Source: Callorhinchus milii (lineage: Eukaryota). Taken from it: a stretch of 64,000 bases of DNA. The notes below the pieces were generated by a model. It made no database searches, had not been told where the DNA came from, and worked only from the letters and a program-made list of their open reading frames with translations. Of the stretch, positions 22,647-34,655 are shown piece after piece (positions within the stretch are counted from its first letter, which is position 1; each line of letters begins with the position of its first letter). Position numbers and translations under genes: made by a program. The stretch lies in assembly GCF_018977255.1 (NCBI RefSeq), contig NW_024704742.1:99884001-99948000 (forward strand). Reading direction: 5' to 3'.

Positions 22647-25600
22647 AACAACAACAACAACAAGATTTCATTTATAGAGCGCCTTTCACGTCGAGAGGAC
22701 TTCCCAAGGCGCTGGACAATTGGGTCGGGACCAGAGCAGGGGGGAAATGGTTAGAGTGAGGGGAGGGAAGGGAGGGAGCGAGGAGGGGGTAGAGAGTCGA
22801 GAGGGGAGCTGAAGGCACGGTCGAAGAAAAAGGTCTTGAGACCGGCCTTGAAGGAGGAAAGGGAGGAGGCGGCGAAGGCACTGGGGGATGGAGTTCCAGA
22901 GTTTAGGGGCTGAGAGGCTGAAGGCCCGGCCACCAATGGTAGGGCGGTTGGGGCGGGGGATGGGGAGCAGACCGGAGCCAGAGGAACGGAGGGTACGGGC
23001 AGGTAAGTAGGGGGATAGTAGGTCGGAGAGGTAGGAGGGAGCAAGGCCGTGAATGGCCTTGTAGGTGAGGATGAGGATCTTGAATTCGATCCTCTGGGGG
23101 ATGGGGAGCCAGTGGAGGCAAGCGAGGGTGGGAGTGATGTGGTCCCGAAGCCTGGTGCGGGATAGTACACGAGCTGCAAAGTTCTGAATGACGTGCAGCT
23201 TGTGGAGGGAGGTGCCGGGAAGGCCGGCGAGGAGAGAGTTCCCATAGTCCAGCTTTGAGGTGATAAAGGCGTGGACCAGTGTTTCAGCAGCGTGAGGGGT
23301 GAGGTAATGCCATGGTCTGGCGATATTCCAGAGGTGATGGGAGGCGGTGCCAGTTGTGGTGCAGATGTGAGGGAGAAAGGACAGCTCAGGGTCGAACAGA
23401 ACGCCGAGGTTCCTGACTGGCTTTGAGAGGTGGAGAGTGCAGCCTTGGATGCTGATGCTGTCAGCGCCTGAGGTGCGGAGGCGCTGACGTGAGCCAATCA
23501 GGAGGGCCTCAGTTTTGCGCACGTTGAGCTGAAGAAAGTTGTCTCTCGTCCAGGACTCGATGTCGGACAGGCAGCTGTCAGGACATCGGTGGTCGTGGAG
23601 TTGAGGGTAGAGGAGGAAAGGTAGAGTTGGGTGTCATCCGCATACATGTGGAAGTTAACCCCATGTCTGTGGATGATGTCACCAAGGGGGAGCATATAGA
23701 GGGTGAAGAGGAGGGGACCGAGGACAGAGCCCTGAGGGTCAGCGCACGAGACAGTGCGGGGGTTGGAGAAAAAGCCGTTTGTGGAAACAAAATGAAGACG
23801 GTGGGAGAGGTAGGACCGAGACCACTCAATGACAGGGCATTGAAGGTTGAGGTGGGAGGACAAGCGGTGGAGGAGGATAGAGTGGTCGACCGTATTGAAT
23901 GCGGCCGATAGGTCGAGGAGGATGAGGAGGCAGAGGGAGCCCTGGTCGCAGATGGTCAAGATGTCATTGGTGACCTTGACCAGGGCAGTTTCTGTGCTAT
24001 GGGCAGCACGGAAATCTGACTGAAGGGGTTCGAATAATGAATGGGTGGAGAGGAAAGAGCGCAACTGGGAGGCGACAACTCTTTTAAGGACCTTGGTCAG
24101 GAATGGGAGGTTAGAGAAGGGCCGGTAGCTTGATAGCTGCGATGCATCAAGGGAGGGTTTTTTCAAAGTGGGAGTGATGGTGTCAGTGTTTAGGGGAATG
24201 GGAATAGGGACAGGTTGATGATGTATGCGAGAAGTGGGGCAAGGAGGTGGAGCTGGGAGATAAGGAGTGGAGTGGGGATGGGGTCAAGGGAGCAGGTGGT
24301 GGGTTTCAGTGACAGGATGAGTTTGGTGACAGAGGGTGGGGAAACGGGTTCGAAGGTGTGTAGGGGAGGATGGGTAGGAGTCGGAGTGTGGGAGGGAAGG
24401 GGTGGGGGTGGGTGGAAGTTGGAGGGGGAGTGACCGCGGAGCGGATTCCCTTGATTTTGGATTCAAGGAAATCCAGCATCTCCTCGCAGTGAAGGTTGGA
24501 GGAGATGACCTGTGCGGGGTGGCGGGGGGGATGGAGGAGTCGGGATGTGGTAGAGAACAGAAGCCTGGGGTTGTTCTTCGCCTCCAGGATTATCCTGGAG
24601 TAGAAGGACGACTTGGCCGAGGCTAGAGTGGAGCGGTAGATTTTGAGGAGGTCCAGCCAGATTTGTCGGTGGACCGTTAGGCCAGATTTGAGGCAGGTGC
24701 ATTCAGCGGCCCGCACCTGGCTCTTCAGTGAGCGGAGGTGGATGGTGAACCAGGGGGAGGAGCGAGAGTAAAAGAAATTACGGGAGGTGATGGGGGCAAG
24801 AGTGTCAAGTGTGGAGGAGAGGGTGCTGTGGAGGAGGGTGAGAGCAGAAGAGGGGTCAGTGAGGGATGAAGGCCAGAGGGAGAGGAGTTCAGAGGACTCC
24901 AAGGCAGCAGTTAGGGATTGTAGGGGTAACTTCTTCCAGAGGCGGTGGAAGATGGTGGTGGGTCTGGTGGAGGTGGGGAGGGGAGTGGAGTGGAGGTGAT
25001 GAAGGAGATGAAGTGGTGATCAGAGATGGCCTTGTCGGTAATGGTGACATCCGAGACACTGAGGCCCCGGGTGATCACCAAATCGAGTGGGTGGCCGTGA
25101 CTGTAAGTGGCAGAGTTGATGTGGAGGGAGAGGTTGAGTGAGGAGAGCAGGGAGGAGAAGTCCGAGGAGATGGAGCAGGAGGGGTTGAAGTGCAGGTTGA
25201 AGTCGCCCAGGATGATGAGGCGATCAGAGCAGAGGCAGAGAGATGTTAGTAGGGTAGAAATATCGGAGATGAAGGTGGGAGAGGTTTTCGGGGGCCGGTA
25301 GAGGAGGAGGATTTTGAGTGAGAGAAAGGAGGGGTGGGAGAAGGTGAGGTGCTCAAAAGAGGGGAAAGAGCCAGAGGAGTAGGGGGATAGGGCAAGTGGT
25401 GTCCTTGGGATTGGGGTGAGGGATGTGGTGGGAGGTATAGCCGGGTGGTGTGGCCTCCGTGAGGGGGAAGGTGTCACTTGGGGTGAGCCAGGCTTCCGTT
25501 AAGGCCATGATGTCAACGCTCTCATCAAGGATGAGATCGTTGATGACCAGGGCCTTGTTACAGAGGGAGCGGACGTTTTGTAGTCCGATGTGGAGGGAGC

Positions 25601-26022
25601 GATTGACAGAAGGGTGTCTGGGGAGGGAGGGGTGTCCAGGTTGTGAGGCAGGGGTGGCGGGAATGGGGATGAGGGAGGAGAGGTTGGCTCCCTGAGTCTG
25701 TGTCCGAGGTGGCTGGCGAGTGTGGTGGGGAATGGGGCAGTCGGTGTGGCTGCTGCTGGACAGCCAACGCCGAGTGCCACGGTGAGCCCGGCGGAGGATT
25801 CCCAGGCTGGAACAGAGGGAGGTTGTGGGAGGGTCAAGTGGGGATAGAAGGCGAGGGGGACGGAGAGAGGACAGAGCGGGAGAGATGCAGAGGGGGAGGG
25901 TTTGGGGGGAGAGAGGAGGGGGGAGGGAGGGAGGGGGTGAGGGGGTGAGGGTCAGAGCGGCAGCCATAATGCGCACGGGGGACCGGGGGCGAGCGGTCAG
26001 GTGGTGGCATTAGCCCATAGGC
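22647..26022 (-). mobile_element. Long (3.4 kb) L2 LINE bounded by a 10-bp TSD
   Basis: TSD taattttaaa at 22637-22646 and 26023-26032; (CAA)n tail and stem-loop at the left end; APE and RT coding remnants inside. Confidence 0.95.
22810..25976 (-). pseudogene. L2 ORF2 (APE endonuclease plus reverse transcriptase), frameshifted into several pieces
   Basis: LQNVRSL, LTEAWL, YRPP, GDFN, LDLV, SDH (APE); [34 protein letters not shown] (RT); SKLDYGNSLL, LHWLP, LWNSIP (C-terminus). Confidence 0.95.
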
Positions 26023-26079
26023 TAATTTTAAATTGGCATCCTACCAAGATTCCGTTCAAGCACTTCTTGTCACACCATA

Positions 26080-27320
26080 ATATGTGCTGATGGTATGAAG
26101 CTATGTGGGCGGGTTAATAACACAAGGAGGATGCATAATATTCAGGATGGTGTAGACCACTTATAAAGATAGGCCAAGAAATGGCTGATGGGTTTTAGTG
26201 TTGACAAATGTAAAGTAATGCAAAATGGACCAAGAAACAGCAACACATGTGTACACAGTGTAACAGTCGTCATTAACAGAGGTGGAGAACAAAAAGGATT
26301 TTGATTGTTGATCATTCATTGGAGGTTTGCACAACATGGAAGGCTCGTGTCAGCAAAGCAATATCAAGTACTAGGTTGTCATTTGTCTTTTCGAATGAGA
26401 GGTTAAACTGAGGCTCACCTGTCTAAGCATGTAGATGTTGAAGATTTCATGGCATCTGGTGTACTGCCAATAGTTCACTCACATCCAGCTTCACCAGAAC
26501 TACAGATTAATTTGTCATTTAACTTAAATATTGTTGTCAAAGATTAGGTGCAATTTTTGCTTGTAAACTAAGTTATTACTCTTAAAAATAACTCATTGTG
26601 AGAAATATTGGGAGACATTTCAAAGTGTTGAAGCAAAATATAAAATGTAAGTAAACTTTGACTACCCTAACTTCACATTTAATATTGGAACATTGGAGAG
26701 AGTTCAGAGAAAAGTAACAGATTTGAAAGTAAATTTAAAGTAATTTAAAGAATTTATTGGAGCTTTAGAATATGAGGAATCAACTTTCACTCATAAGAAA
26801 AAAATAAGAGAGGGAACATGATCCAGGTCATTAGAATAATGAAACTGAGATGGGGTAGATAAAAACAAGCTATTATGTTTAACTTAGAATCTGAGACCAG
26901 AAGTACTGGGCATTAATATAAATTAATATTACAAAGTACAAAGGGGGACTGAAGGTTAGAGGCCAAAAATTCCACCTTGCTTTAGCCTGTATTTTGTTTT
27001 AAAGCTTAAGAATGTGCAGACTCATAGATTTTTTTTTAAATTCTGTCTTAATTTGGAAGCCAGTTGTTTTAAGAACTGCAGAAAAAACGACTTCCAAATT
27101 AAAACTCAATTTAAGAATTTTCCACAATCCCACATCATGTTAAATTTTAAAACAAAATGAAATTTTACTACTTAGATTGTTTGCTCCCACAGAGTAGAGG
27201 ATATGTGATTACACTACTAATAAAAGCAGTTGATGGTATGTTGATTAATTCCTTCCTAAAAATCCTGAGTAAATATTTGCTTGAAAACAGCATTTGAAGG
27301 TTTAGGGGATATGTGCAAAG
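26080..27320 (+). mobile_element. Old CR1 RT/C-terminal region split by a DeuSINE fragment (~26385-26650) and a palindromic element (~26960-27170)
   Basis: CADGMKLCGRVN..KKWLMGFSVDKCKVM at ~26085-26225; LERVQRK at ~26695; ORF end near 27185-27310. Confidence 0.75.
26960..27170. mobile_element. Palindromic MITE-like family copy
   Basis: Starts aaaattccacc; ttaatttggaag/cttccaaattaa inverted pair; ttttaagaactgcagaaaa (27067-27085) is an exact 19-bp reverse complement of 17362-17380. Confidence 0.65.
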
Positions 27321-29124
27321 GAAACACTGTAATAAATTTGAGGTCACTTTGGCAATTTTTTTCTTCTAGGCATCAAGAAACAGACTGTCAGATAGGAACA
27401 CCCACCAAACTTGGTAAATTTACAATCAAAGGAATAATGTGTAAATTTTGCCTATAAAATACATAATCATTATTATACTTTAAATCTTGTGACGTGCTTT
27501 TAGATGTCCCCTCGACGTGAGAGGCACTAAATCAAATGCGAGGATTATTATAACAATTTCCAAGCTGCAGAAGAAACCAGGGAAGAAGGAAAGGTCATTC
27601 ATTCTATAATCCTATTCCTTCCAGAGATCATGAACAACCTACCAACCCATTTCACCTCTTGAGAAAAGGTTCTGCAAAATAAGAATCAAAGCCTAAATAT
27701 AATGAATTCAACTTAATATTCAGTGAGTTTACTCGATAACCTGCACATGCCATCCTCTCCCAGTTTTTCTGAATCAAATTGAGTACCTGTGTATATGTAG
27801 TGATGAGCTCTGTACTATTTGCTTACCTTTGTTGTAAGTGTAGTCGCTGCTTCGGCCAGAATGACAGCACAGAATGATGCCTGTCATCTGACTTCAGATC
27901 TCTTTATTAGTGATATCAGTATCTGACAGCTGGTTTATGAAGAGCGTTCCTTTGAATTTCATGCTGCTGCTCCTAGCTGAGCTCCTGTAACCAAAAGAAT
28001 GTTTGACATTAAAGAACAATTGCTTCATAAAGGAAACCGATGTTGGAATTGTATGTGTAAAAAACGCCTTTTTTATGTTTCTGAACTGCGTTGAATTGAA
28101 AGATTTATAGGAATATTTGTTTTATTGTGTGGGCAGCTAATTTCTATCTCCCATGCAAGCAACTTGCACATCAGCAATAATTTAGCATAATGTAATGGCC
28201 ACACTGACACTGTTAGAAGAGGTGTCCTGTGCAGATGTTGTCAGAGATATCACTACCAACAAGTTCAAAGTCCAAAAGGTTACCTTTTTGCTCTCAAGGA
28301 ATATGCCTTGCTTTTCAATCTACAGAGAAATAATTAATTCACGTTCATCTTATTGCACCGTAACTGTATGAAGTGAAGAAGCTATTGCTACAAACTCCCA
28401 TACCATTGCATTTGAACTTCAGTGTTCCGTGACACTAGCCAGCGTGACGGCCACTATATAAATGCAAGTTCTTTTTGTACACTATCATTATAATAGCAAA
28501 AAGTTCCCAAATTCAAACAGAAAAAATATCCACATGAAGAGGATCTGAATGATGGTATCTCCGTTTGAAATTGATAATTTTCAGGATTTTTAAAAAATTC
28601 AGATGCGTATTGGTGACTAGCTGGATTCAACTCAAAAGTCCAAAGAATCCAAAGTCAATCGGTAAGTGGTCTTTTTCTGAAGCATTTTCATCCAATTGTG
28701 CTCTACACTTTTGGTTTCCTTTTGTCCATGATTCCTGTGGCTTGGGGAAATATTGGCCGCTGCTTATTTATCAATTTGGTCAGTTAGCAGTATCACGTTC
28801 CTGCCTCTGTGGTGGAAGATCACGGATTTCTGCACCCCACCAGGTCTACAGCTCATAATATAAGATGACAATCCAGTGTATCTGTCCTGTATATTTAGAG
28901 GTGGCATTCTCCATAAGGAATGTTCAATCATGGTTCAGATCACTGTTAAATAATAATAATAATAATCACTGTTAAACATCTCAGGGGTCATTTCCAAGAA
29001 GAACAGCAGTTCTTCTGATATCCTTCCCCAAATGAAACTCATAACAAAACTTAACTGGTCATTTATCTCATTACTGGTTGTGTCATATTGATTAATTGAC
29101 ATATTTGTCCACATTTTAAAAACT

Positions 29125-29785
29125 TGAAATTTCACCTAATCTTAGACCGTGAAACTGTTTTTGGCTTAATAATTAAGATCGTCAGAATTTCGGAAAGTAC
29201 TTAAATTCAGTCTTCCTCCAGGGTTTTCACAATTCTGATGAACATAAGAACATAAGAATTTGCTAGGCGAAAGAAGAGCAAGGTCCATCCAGTTTGCCTT
29301 TCACCATCCTGGCAGTCGTTTGACATGTTGTTTCCGAATCTATAGATTATGTCCCGAGATATTATTTCCTAATAGAAATCTATCTAATTTGTTCTTGAAT
29401 AAATTGTCATTTTCTGCTTCCGCTGCCTCCCTAGGGAGCCTATTCCATATGTTTACTACTCCCTCACTGAAGTAGTGTTTCTGCGGATTAATTCTCAATT
29501 TACCCTTCTCAATCGCAGGCCATATACTGCAAGATATTGCCTCTGATTCCTGTTTCTTTATTTTCAGTACCAGTTTTTCATGAGGAACTGTACAAAAAGC
29601 CTTACTGAAATCCAGATATACAACATCCACTGCCTTACCCTTATCAAGCTCCTTTGTCACATGGTCAAAGAAAACCAGTAATTAGATTGGCAGGATCTCC
29701 CCTTCATGAATCCATGAATTTTCCATAATTCTACGTGATCTTGAATTTTAAGGCAAAATTTAAGCTAAGACTAGATCGAGTTTCA
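29125..29785. mobile_element. Palindromic element arms (29125-29220 and 29720-29785) separated by a CR1 insertion
   Basis: tgaaatttcacctaatcttag..ttttggcttaataattaagatcgtcagaatt versus the reverse complement of the right arm tgaaactcgatctagtcttag..ttttgccttaaaattcaagatcacgtagaatt. Confidence 0.55.
29240..29718 (-). mobile_element. CR1 LINE with the RT core deleted
   Basis: ORF 29340-29660 joins LDKGKAVDVVYLDFSKAFCTVPHEKL to HYFSEGVVNIWNRLPREAAEA..FKNKLDRFL; (TTCTTATG)n-type end. Confidence 0.9.
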
Positions 29786-31174
29786 GGCCTTAAGAATTTT
29801 TGATGTAATAATCAATTGCTGGATGAAGTGCTTTGAGATGTTTTAATTGGTGCTTTATAAAGCCTTATTACTTATTATATTATAATTGGAAATTTCCACT
29901 GTCCAATGCCCACTGGGGCTCAGAAAGACTGACAATGAAGATCTACTTGAACCTGAGTATATTGGGGAAATCATAGACAAATCACTGGTGTGAACAGAAA
30001 ATCGCATAGGCAAATTATAGATGTAGCTAAATGGATTACTGCACTCAGGGAGAAATAGCCCAAGGACAATTGTCTTAAAAATGAACCATAAATAGCTTGG
30101 ACAAGTGGAGTAGCCACACTCGTACATATTACAGAGCTGAAGATAGCATCATGTACAGTATAAATGCAACACTTTCTTTTTGAGAGATCAGCACCAGCTA
30201 TTTAGACCAAATAACACCACATGGATGGATTGGGTTAGACTGTGGGTGATGGAAACTGCTGAAGGTGATATGGCTATAATCTGATGCGCTGTAGAGGAAA
30301 ATTACTTACCGCTGCACAATTCAATTTCCAGACATCAGCAGTTGTTTGATTTTATGAAGGTGGGTTGAAATTGACAAATAGGTTGTTGGAGAAAGGGTAT
30401 TGCATCTTTGAGCAGCACTGAAACAACTTGAGTTGTTTCCTATTCGTTATTGAGGTAGAGTTGTGCTGTTGCTGGTGCATGTCATGTGAATGTTATTGAG
30501 TAAAAGATCGAGTAAAAAATAAATCCATCTAGAAGTGAAAAATATGACTTGTGATGTATCACATGGCTCAGTGGACAAACTCATTGCTTGGTGCTGGCAG
30601 CGGTGTTTCAGAGCAGCTTTGAGAGATACTAGCTAAAATTCACTCTGCCCTCTGTAACTAGCAACAATGATTACATGATTGTTAACAATGGGACTCGGAA
30701 ATGGTGTAAGAGAGGGGTATAGGAGGACTGGGGACTCATGTAGAATATTTACACCAAACTAGACTAGTTGGTCTGAATGGGCTGTTTCTATGCTGTAACA
30801 TTCAATGTACTTCTATGTAAAAACAAAGATAAAATAATAATAATCTTTGCATTTGACATAGTTAGTGCCTTTCACATCGGAAGGACATCTCAAAGCGCTT
30901 CGCAAAATTAGCTGTAAAGAGCGGTATTTATTGCTAAACAACAAATTGCATTTATATGCACCCTTTACATAGGATAACATCTCGGAGCACAAAAACATAG
31001 GTATTTGTATAATTAAGATGGTGGATGTCCAAATATTAGAGCTGACTTCAGTCCCAACCATTGTGGTGAAGTTAGGGGGATGTCCTTTATCAGAAGAAGT
31101 GGGCTTGATGGGTTGTTGTGCCATGCTTTCTCAAAGCATTCAGTCTAACAAGTCTGTTCCACCAATTTATTAGA

Positions 31175-31620
31175 TAATAATAGTAATCCTTGCATTTGAT
31201 ATAGTACCTCATCACGCCATTGGGTCATCTCAAAGCGCTTCATAGAATATAACAACAAATTGCATTTTTTTAGCGCCTTTCATGTCGGAAGCACGTCTCA
31301 TACTATAAAGTGCTATGTGTGTATTTTGTGGTTGAATGCAGCAACCAATTTGGGCAGAGCAATGTCCCACAAATAGCCAAGGAGTGAGTGACCAACTTTT
31401 TTATTTGGGAAATTGTGGCTAGGACACCAGGAGAAATTCCCTTTTTTTTCAAGTAGTGCCATAGGATCTTTAATGTACTTCTGGAAAGGCAGACAGGTGC
31501 TTGGTTTAATGTCTCAAACGAAGGACATCACCTCTGACAATGCGTTGGAGTATCAGTATAGCCTACATGGGTTCCAAATCATGTTGTGCGGCTTGAAGCA
31601 GCAACATTCTGACTCGGCCT
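31175..31620 (-). mobile_element. DeuSINE copy with an L2 tail nested at 31251-31299
   Basis: Antisense SINE tail and Deu core (gagcaatgtcccacaaatagcc, gtagtgccataggatcttta, ggtttaatgtctca, ttctgactc). Confidence 0.75.
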
Positions 31621-32399
31621 TCTAGATCTTGGCAAATCTTTTAATCCCATTGCCCCATTTTATTGCTATGTCCCTTAATTCCTCTAAGCAGTCAACCTTA
31701 GATTTTGAGTGGATAGCCTTTAAGATGTCTGACAACTTAAAATTGTCACATATAAAGAATATAATGTGCATTTTTTTGTATCACCTGATCAGGTTGAAAT
31801 ATCTTAAAGTGCTTTATTTGTAAATTTTACTGTAAAACGTAGTGACTTTTATAAGTTAAACAAAGCAGTCATTTTGCATACACCAAGTTCTCACAGACAG
31901 CCATTAAGTGAATATTAAATTAATTTGAAGGATTGTTGGCCAGAATATCGGGAGACACTTCCTTGTCTTTTTGCTTTGCGTCATGGAGAACTGTGTAGAT
32001 ACATTTTGTTTCTTGGGACGTCCTCCTGACGTGAAAGGCGCTATACAAATGTAACCTTGTTGTTGTTGTTTTTGTTTCATGGGGAAACTATGTTATTGTA
32101 TCTGTAACAGGCTTACTGTCTTTGTAGTGCTTTCATTGCGTACTATCAATATAGTATAATATTATCTTTTTTTTACTACTCAATTTTTTTTTGCTGAAAT
32201 CACAATTTGGAAATAATGAAGCCACATTCTACTTCTTAAAAGAAGGTCTCCTGAGTCCAATTTCCACTTATTTCCATCTTAGTTCCCAACACTGTCTCTC
32301 AATCAAACCTTGAAATACCATTGACAAGTGGATGCTGTCATTTTTCTTATCATATCTCTATCTACCAGTGTTCTGTAAAAGGCTGACAATTGCCAATCA

Positions 32400-32600
32400 C
32401 CTAGAGACAAAGGCAGAGTTTATTATTTTTGGTCAGCCGGCTGTCTGCTACATCTGAAAACCCATCACCATTCTTTTGAGTATCCAAATCAGACTGAACA
32501 TTCCACATACGTATGTCACCTGCCCATGGAAAATTCCCTGTGTCTGGAATGGAATATACACTCTCTCTTCTTGAAGGGATGCACCCTGCTTTACTTATTT
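32400..32600 (-). pseudogene. Second Gypsy pol relic (protease/RT-proximal region)
   Basis: 32423-32560 aligns by eye with 3410-3535 (ggtcagc.gg.tgtctg..ac....gaaa.c.atcaccat.ctt..gagtatccaaa.cagactgaa.attcca..catggaaattccc..gt.tggaat). Confidence 0.65.
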
Positions 32601-32824
32601 CCAAGAATTTATACTTTATGAACATTAAACAAAATATGAATCACATAAACTGGGGAAAGGTCTCAGGTTCAATAATCTCAATAATTCAATTTTCTCAATA
32701 TTTGCAGAATTAGCTGATCTCAGTCAGGGCCAATCCCATAGGCTTCAAGGTCCCAGCTTAGGTAGAAATAATCAGCCAAAAATTCTAGCTGTGGTGGTCC
32801 ATAAATCCTGTTACCCTTGGGACT

Positions 32825-33160
32825 ATTGTCTTAAAATGTAACATCATGCAGAATATTGGAAAATTCTTAAATTCAGTCTTGATTTTCTCCTTGTGTTTTC
32901 ATAGAATCATAGAATTACACAGCAAGAAGGAGGCCATTCGGCCCATCGTGTCTGTGCGGGCTCTTTGAAAAGAGCTATCTAATTCAATCCCACTCCACTG
33001 CTCTCTCCCCATAGCCCTGCAAACTTGTTTTCCCCAAATAATTATCTACTTTTCTCTTAAAAGTTGTTATCGAATCAGCTTCCACCACCCTTTTTCCTAA
33101 TAAAGACTGAAATTAAGAATATTTCCAAATTCTGCAGGGTTTCAAATACTAAAATTAACA
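32825..33160. mobile_element. Palindromic element copy with a CR1 3' end (32900-33095, minus) inserted at its centre
   Basis: tgcagaatattggaaaattcttaaattcagtctt ... aagactgaaattaagaatatttccaaattctgca flank catagaatcatagaattacacagcaagaaggaggccattcggcccatcg. Confidence 0.7.
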
Positions 33161-33659
33161 CCATGAAAAATGTTGGGCCTCTGATTACTTTACGGCAAGT
33201 GTGCATGAGTGGACTCTGGATGAGAAAAATATCGAGTTGTGATAGGCTTTGCAGTCAATTGCTATTCCCCCTGCTGGAAAATGAGAACAGGATCAGGCTG
33301 GGCTATTCACCCTCTCCGATTCCCATTCCACTATATTTCAGTCTTGTACCATTCGTTGTCAGACCTGATAACTTCCAATATTTTATTTTAGTACAAGGCT
33401 GCATAAAACCATATGCCAAATTTTGCACTCTAGCAGAACTGTCCTTCGGATGAGATATTAAACCAAGGTTCCATTCCCTGGTGTTAAAATTCTCATGACA
33501 CTATTCAAAAAGAGAAGAGGCATTTCTCCCAATTTGAAGGCCAATACATTTCCAAGTTACATTGGTCAATCTCCACGGTTGATTTGTGGGACAATGTCTA
33601 TTCAAATGGACTATGTCATGACTATGACAATGTAATGTAGTGGTTCCCCACTACTATAT

Positions 33660-34130
33660 TCCACTTTGTCTCCACAAACAGCTTCTCCTCCAGCCCCCAC
33701 ACCATCTCATGCATTGTTCCTTAGGGCTCTGTCCTCGGTCCTCTCCTCTTCAACCTGTATATGCTCCCTCTTGGTGACATCACCCACACATGGGATCAAC
33801 TTTCACATGTATGCGGATGACACCCAACTCTACCTCTCTGCCTTCCACCCTCGACTGCAGGACAACTGCTGTCCTGACAGAAGATCTGTCAGACATCAAT
33901 CCTGCATGAGAGCCAACTTTCTACAGTTGAACATCAGCAAGACCAAGGCTCTCCACCATCGGTGGTCGGGCCTACAGTGTCTCTGCCTCCATTCTCTGGA
34001 ACACCATCCCACATTCCCTTCACTTTGCTCCCTCTCTTACCTCTATTAAGGCATGCCTCAATATCCTCCTCTTCATCCATGCCTTCAGCCACCCTCCTAT
34101 CTTCTCTGCCCTCCACCCGTGTCTTTTCCC
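33660..34130 (+). mobile_element. L2 RT fragment with internal deletion
   Basis: [33 protein letters not shown] joined directly to ccaccatcggtggtcggg..ctctggaac. Confidence 0.85.
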
Positions 34131-34434
34131 ATGCCTAACTAAGGGGCACTGAAGCTAGATGCAGGGCCTTCACTTCCAGCTCAATTTAGTGTCTTAGCAC
34201 AGGCCAGCAATGAACCTGAGACCATTCTGTTCTTTATAGCTTTGAACACACCAGACAGTGCATAAACCCCTGAGCCACTTGATAAATCTATCCAAAAAAC
34301 ACTGACTCTCTCCTCAGACAGCAGGAAGCAACATTTAACTGGAAACTTCAAAGGATCTAGACAGCTTTTCCTCCTTGGTTGAATCATCTCCCATTCAAAT
34401 TGGGATTTGACGAGAGACAGATTAAACTAACCAA

Positions 34435-34655
34435 CTGGTAGGGTTAGCACGCTCACCTTGCAAGCGAAAGGACCCGGGTTCGATTCCTGAGCAGAGCGAA
34501 ACCTTAGGCAAGTTTTCTTACTCCATACACCTCTGTTTGTGGGACATTGCTATGCAGAATTGACTGCCGCGTTTCGCCCACAAAATACACACTATACAAT
34601 ATATTCTGTGAAGCGCTTTGAGATGTCTCCATGATGCAGTAAGGGTGATATCACT
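34435..34655 (+). mobile_element. tRNA SINE with a ctgttt-microhomology internal deletion
   Basis: ccttgcaagcgaaaggacccgggttcgattcc head; cacctctgtttgtgggacattgc junction. Confidence 0.85.

Noticed and set aside
22672..26013. Many overlapping 60-250 aa ORFs on both strands
   Set aside because: Alternative and antisense frames of the C-rich L2; only the APE/RT frames have recognisable motifs.
27828..27888. Possible minus-strand first coding exon MTGIILCCHSGRSSDYTYNK ending at AAG|gtaagc
   Set aside because: Good donor, but the peptide is unrecognised and there is no promoter or partner exon evidence; compatible with chance.
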